A stretch of DNA of 11,075 bases, taken from an uncultured bacterium. Lineage in GTDB: Bacteria > Schekmanbacteria > GWA2-38-11 > J061. Position 1 is the first letter of the stretch. Each line of letters opens with the position of its first letter. Below are positions 7,931-11,075 of the stretch, piece by piece. The notes beneath the pieces are model-generated. The model did no database searches and was not told where the DNA came from. It saw only the letters and a program-made list of their open reading frames with translations. The translations under genes and the position numbers were made by a program. Location: the NCBI GenBank assembly GCA_964549305.1, contig CAZJVM010000078.1:1-11075 (forward strand), read 5' to 3'.

Positions 7931-9385
7931 ATGCCCGATTTATCACAGTTAAACATAAACATGCAGGCGATTATGCCGGAGATAGTGCTTTGTCTCGGCG
8001 CGCTTGCCGTGCTTCTTCTCGATTCGGTTTTCCAAAGAATGAGCAGGCAGTTTCTCACTTTTGTTTCCATTATTTCAATTCTCGTGTCATTTCGCCTGAC
8101 GATGAATTTGTGGGGGCATAATGTAACGGCATTTAACGGAATGTTTATTGTTGACCGCTTTTCATTCTTCTGCAAGATGCTCTTCTTCATCATCTCCTTT
8201 CTTATAATTGTTACATCTTCAGGTTATCTGAGAGATTTCAATTTCGGGAAAGGCGAATATTACGCTCTCATACTCTTTTCATCAGCGGGAATGTCATTTA
8301 TCGCAAGCGGCGCGGACTTACTCATAATATTTCTTTCAATCGAAATTATGTCAATCGCCTTTTATGTTCTCGCAGGATTTGAAAGAAGCAATCCTCTTTC
8401 AAACGAGGCATCACTTAAATACTTTCTCGCAGGCGCCTTCGCTTCGGGATTTCTACTTTACGGAATCGCTCTTTTATACGGTTTTTCGGGAACAACGAAT
8501 CTCAGAAAATTAGGCGCTGCCATTTCGGGAAACTCATCGCTTCCCAATATGGTTTTCATTGGTATGGCGCTTCTGTTTGTGGGATTTTTCTTTAAAATCG
8601 CCGCCGTGCCATTTCATATGTGGACACCGGATGTATATCAGGGCGCACCCACTCCCGTAACTGCATATATGGCAACTGCCGGAAAGGTCGCAGGCTTTAT
8701 TGCCCTTGTGCGTGTAATACAAACATCATTCCTTCCAATCATAAACGATATGAGTGAAGTGATATGGATACTTTGCGCGCTCACGATGACGCTTGGAAAC
8801 CTTGTTGCGCTCGCGCAGACAAATATAAAGAGAATGCTTGCCTATTCGAGCATTGCCCACGCGGGATACCTGCTTATCGCGTTCGTTGCGCTTAACGAAT
8901 TTTTCATTCCTTCCCTGCTATTCTACCTGCTTGCCTATGCTCTGATGAATATAGGCGCTTTTGCCGTTATAACGGCGCTTAGCAGCAGAGACAAGGAGGC
9001 GGTTAACATCTCCACTTACGCCGGCATAGGATTCAGATATCCAATGCTCGGAGTCTGTATGGCAATATTTATGATATCCCTTGCCGGAATTCCCCCGACA
9101 GCGGGATTTATGGGAAAGTTTTACATCTTCTCCTCGGCTATAAAATCGGGATATATCAGTCTTGCGATAATAGGCGTAATAAACAGTGTTGTTTCAGTAT
9201 TCTATTACTTCAGGATAATCGTCTATATGTATATGAAAGAGCCTGAAGGTGAGTGGAGTGGAGGCAGGTTTTCGCCACAGCTTCTCGCGGTGATTTTCTC
9301 GTGCGCCGCAGTAATAATGATTATAGGAATATTCCCTGATTTTGCCCTGCGCCTTGCCAAAATTTCAAAGATAGCAATCTGGTAA
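7931..9385 (+). CDS. nuoN: NADH-quinone oxidoreductase subunit N
   Basis: GEYY, IE.MS...Y.LAG, EASLKYFL.G, FKIAAVPFHMWTPDVYQGAP, KRMLAYSSIAHAGY, SLAGIPPTAGFMGKF; AGGGAG RBS. Confidence 0.97.
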   Translation: MPDLSQLNINMQAIMPEIVLCLGALAVLLLDSVFQRMSRQFLTFVSIISILVSFRLTMNLWGHNVTAFNGMFIVDRFSFFCKMLFFIISFLIIVTSSGYLRDFNFGKGEYYALILFSSAGMSFIASGADLLIIFLSIEIMSIAFYVLAGFERSNPLSNEASLKYFLAGAFASGFLLYGIALLYGFSGTTNLRKLGAAISGNSSLPNMVFIGMALLFVGFFFKIAAVPFHMWTPDVYQGAPTPVTAYMATAGKVAGFIALVRVIQTSFLPIINDMSEVIWILCALTMTLGNLVALAQTNIKRMLAYSSIAHAGYLLIAFVALNEFFIPSLLFYLLAYALMNIGAFAVITALSSRDKEAVNISTYAGIGFRYPMLGVCMAIFMISLAGIPPTAGFMGKFYIFSSAIKSGYISLAIIGVINSVVSVFYYFRIIVYMYMKEPEGEWSGGRFSPQLLAVIFSCAAVIMIIGIFPDFALRLAKISKIAIW

Positions 9386-9388
9386 TTT

Positions 9389-9423
9389 TTGTTCATTCTT
9401 TTGAACAAGCAAAAAAATGAACA
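9389..9423. other. Weak A/T-rich inverted repeats in the convergent intergenic region
   Basis: TTGTTCA (9389-9395) pairs with TGAACAA (9402-9408); alternatively TGTTCATT (9390-9397) pairs with AATGAACA (9416-9423). No canonical downstream U-tract. Confidence 0.3.
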
Positions 9424-9467
9424 TTCCAACACATACAAAACAGTATTCTCAGTACTTTTATTTTATT

Positions 9468-10976
9468 CTAAGGAAGATCATTAAACAGAATAAATATTGC
9501 AGGTGGTTCATTCCCAAAATCTGCTAAAAGAATGAAATCTAATTTATCATCTTTATCCAAATCAGCAATTTTAACTGAATTTGCTATTGGTGCAGGTCCT
9601 ATCATTTGCGAGGTTTCATATGTTCCAATTTGATTTCCGGTAAAAACCGTAAACACCCCATCTGTTTCTGCAGAGATTAAATCATCTATTCCGTCCTGGT
9701 TAATATCTTTTTTATAATGCCATTGAGGCATATTCTCCTGAATGCCGTTATAGGTAAATTGTCCTTTGCCATCACCACTTAAAATGCCGGAATAAAAATG
9801 TATCCCTTCTCCCGTATTGTCAATCAACCTCAATGCAATATCAGCATCGCCTTCTCCTGTAAAATCACCGGTATCCATAAAACTGTATGAAAAAGGAATT
9901 TCATTTTTAAATCCTTTTGATACTTTTTTCTTAAAATCCCCTTTACCGTTCCCAAGAAAACTGAATATTTTATTTCCGCTTTTGACAACAATATCATCAT
10001 GTGCATCACTGTTTACATCTATAACAAAACCTGAAGAAGGATGGTTTCCGGCCTTAAGTCTGATTTTCTTAAATCCATTTTTACGTCCGAGAAACACCTG
10101 CACATTTCCGGATTTCTTTTTTCTGCCTTTATTAATAACAATAAAATCATCTTTTGAGTCTTTTTTAAAATTACCTTTTAATATTGTTGTTGGATAAATC
10201 CCTCTGGAATTGATTTTATTTCCTTTTTTAAACCATTTTTTTTTGCTTTCATCTTTTGCGTAAAAAACAAATATATTTCCATTTTCATTATCTTCAGAGT
10301 CTCCTGTTTCTAATTCAATAACATCTTCTTTCCCGTCACCATTAAAGTCTCCTACTATCATGCCATCATTTCCAAAAAAGAATTTTTTCTTTCCGACAAT
10401 TTTTTCCACTTTTTCAAACTCTCTGTCACCAAGTCCCTTAAATATAATAAAGGGTTTATGCCACGAAGGTTGAGAAACAACTATGTCTCTATTCCCGTCA
10501 CGGTTATAATCTATTACCCCTACAACACCATTTGAATTGAAGGCATAATCAACTACTGACTTTGCACTGAAAGCGAGATTAAGTTCATTTCTGTCCACAA
10601 TTTCAATTGCGCTGGAAATAACTTTATCTCCTGCAAGTGCTGATGTAAGCATAATATCTCTAAATCCTTTTTGAGCACTTTTACTTACCTCAACTGACAA
10701 TAAAATCTTATCCCCTAAACTATTTACCTCCAATCCATCAATTGTATTAGTAATAATGTCTTCACCAAGTGAAACAACAGTATCTTGAGGAAAATCAGGT
10801 TCTTTAAAATCAATTGCCTTTGATGAAATTAAAAGAATTGTACTCTGTCCCGGATACATCTTATGGGGGGCAATTATTCCTATATCAGGAATGGTTTCCA
10901 GTGCCATAGAAACTACCTGTAGCAAACTCAGACTAAACACGGTAATTATTAACGATATAATAATTTTTAATTTCAT
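9468..10976 (-). CDS. Putative secreted FG-GAP/VCBS-repeat beta-propeller protein with N-terminal Ig/IPT-like domain
   Basis: Preferred start ATG 10976 gives the signal-like MKLKIIISLIITVFSLSLLQVVSMA (ORF is open from 11012). Seven Dx(N/D)xDG..D-like motifs about 48-59 aa apart: DYNRDGNRD, DFNGDGKED, NFKKDSKDD, DVNSDAHDD, DFTGEGDAD, DINQDGIDD, DLDKDDKLD. Confidence 0.85.
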   Translation of the reverse strand: MKLKIIISLIITVFSLSLLQVVSMALETIPDIGIIAPHKMYPGQSTILLISSKAIDFKEPDFPQDTVVSLGEDIITNTIDGLEVNSLGDKILLSVEVSKSAQKGFRDIMLTSALAGDKVISSAIEIVDRNELNLAFSAKSVVDYAFNSNGVVGVIDYNRDGNRDIVVSQPSWHKPFIIFKGLGDREFEKVEKIVGKKKFFFGNDGMIVGDFNGDGKEDVIELETGDSEDNENGNIFVFYAKDESKKKWFKKGNKINSRGIYPTTILKGNFKKDSKDDFIVINKGRKKKSGNVQVFLGRKNGFKKIRLKAGNHPSSGFVIDVNSDAHDDIVVKSGNKIFSFLGNGKGDFKKKVSKGFKNEIPFSYSFMDTGDFTGEGDADIALRLIDNTGEGIHFYSGILSGDGKGQFTYNGIQENMPQWHYKKDINQDGIDDLISAETDGVFTVFTGNQIGTYETSQMIGPAPIANSVKIADLDKDDKLDFILLADFGNEPPAIFILFNDLP

Positions 10977-11075
10977 TGTCCGTGTACCCACTGCGCCAGA
11001 GGTTGCAACCATGCTTTTTTGCTTGCATCAGAGTTTCTTATAAAGGGTCTTACCCAATCAACATCAGACTGAATT

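Noticed and set aside
3522-9385. Mrp antiporter, or Hyf/Ech/Mbh hydrogenase membrane module
   Set aside because: The proteins carry Nuo-type motifs, with separate NuoA/H/J/K and the L-M-N order; no MrpE/F/G or NiFe subunit is present.
355-10197. Numerous 60-150 aa alternative-frame and antisense ORFs (e.g. 433-882 -, 1904-2257 -, 6656-7030 -, 9817-10197 +)
   Set aside because: They lie within or largely overlap well-supported genes and have no recognisable motifs. None resembles the missing NuoB/C/D/F/G/I (for example, no CxxCxxCxxxCP ferredoxin motif).
11001-11010. Perfect palindrome GGTTGCAACC upstream of the preferred FG-GAP start
   Set aside because: A single 10-bp palindrome is expected by chance in 11 kb, and I recognise no regulator motif or complete sigma54 site there.
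9406-11025. 11-bp inverted repeat CAAGCAAAAAA (9406-9416) / TTTTTTGCTTG (11015-11025) flanking the FG-GAP gene as mobile-element ends
   Set aside because: Short and low-complexity, with no target-site duplication and no transposase; probably chance.

Overview
Bacterial bioenergetic locus. On the + strand a sigma70-like promoter region is followed by a partial F0 ATP synthase cluster (atpZ/gene1-family, atpB, atpE; no atpF/H/A/G/D/C). After a 129-bp spacer containing a strong hairpin comes a tightly packed complex I (nuo) cluster in canonical order but gapped: nuoA-E-H-J-K-L-M-N. It has all seven membrane-arm subunits with intact key residues plus a lone NuoE, while nuoB, C, D, F, G and I are absent with no room or remnant at their usual positions. 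A convergent, lower-GC - strand gene encodes a probable secreted protein with an Ig/IPT-like domain and seven FG-GAP/VCBS-type repeats. I saw no RNA genes, CRISPR arrays or mobile elements. The most notable feature is the gene content: the ion-translocating membrane modules of both ATP synthase and complex I are clustered without their catalytic heads.
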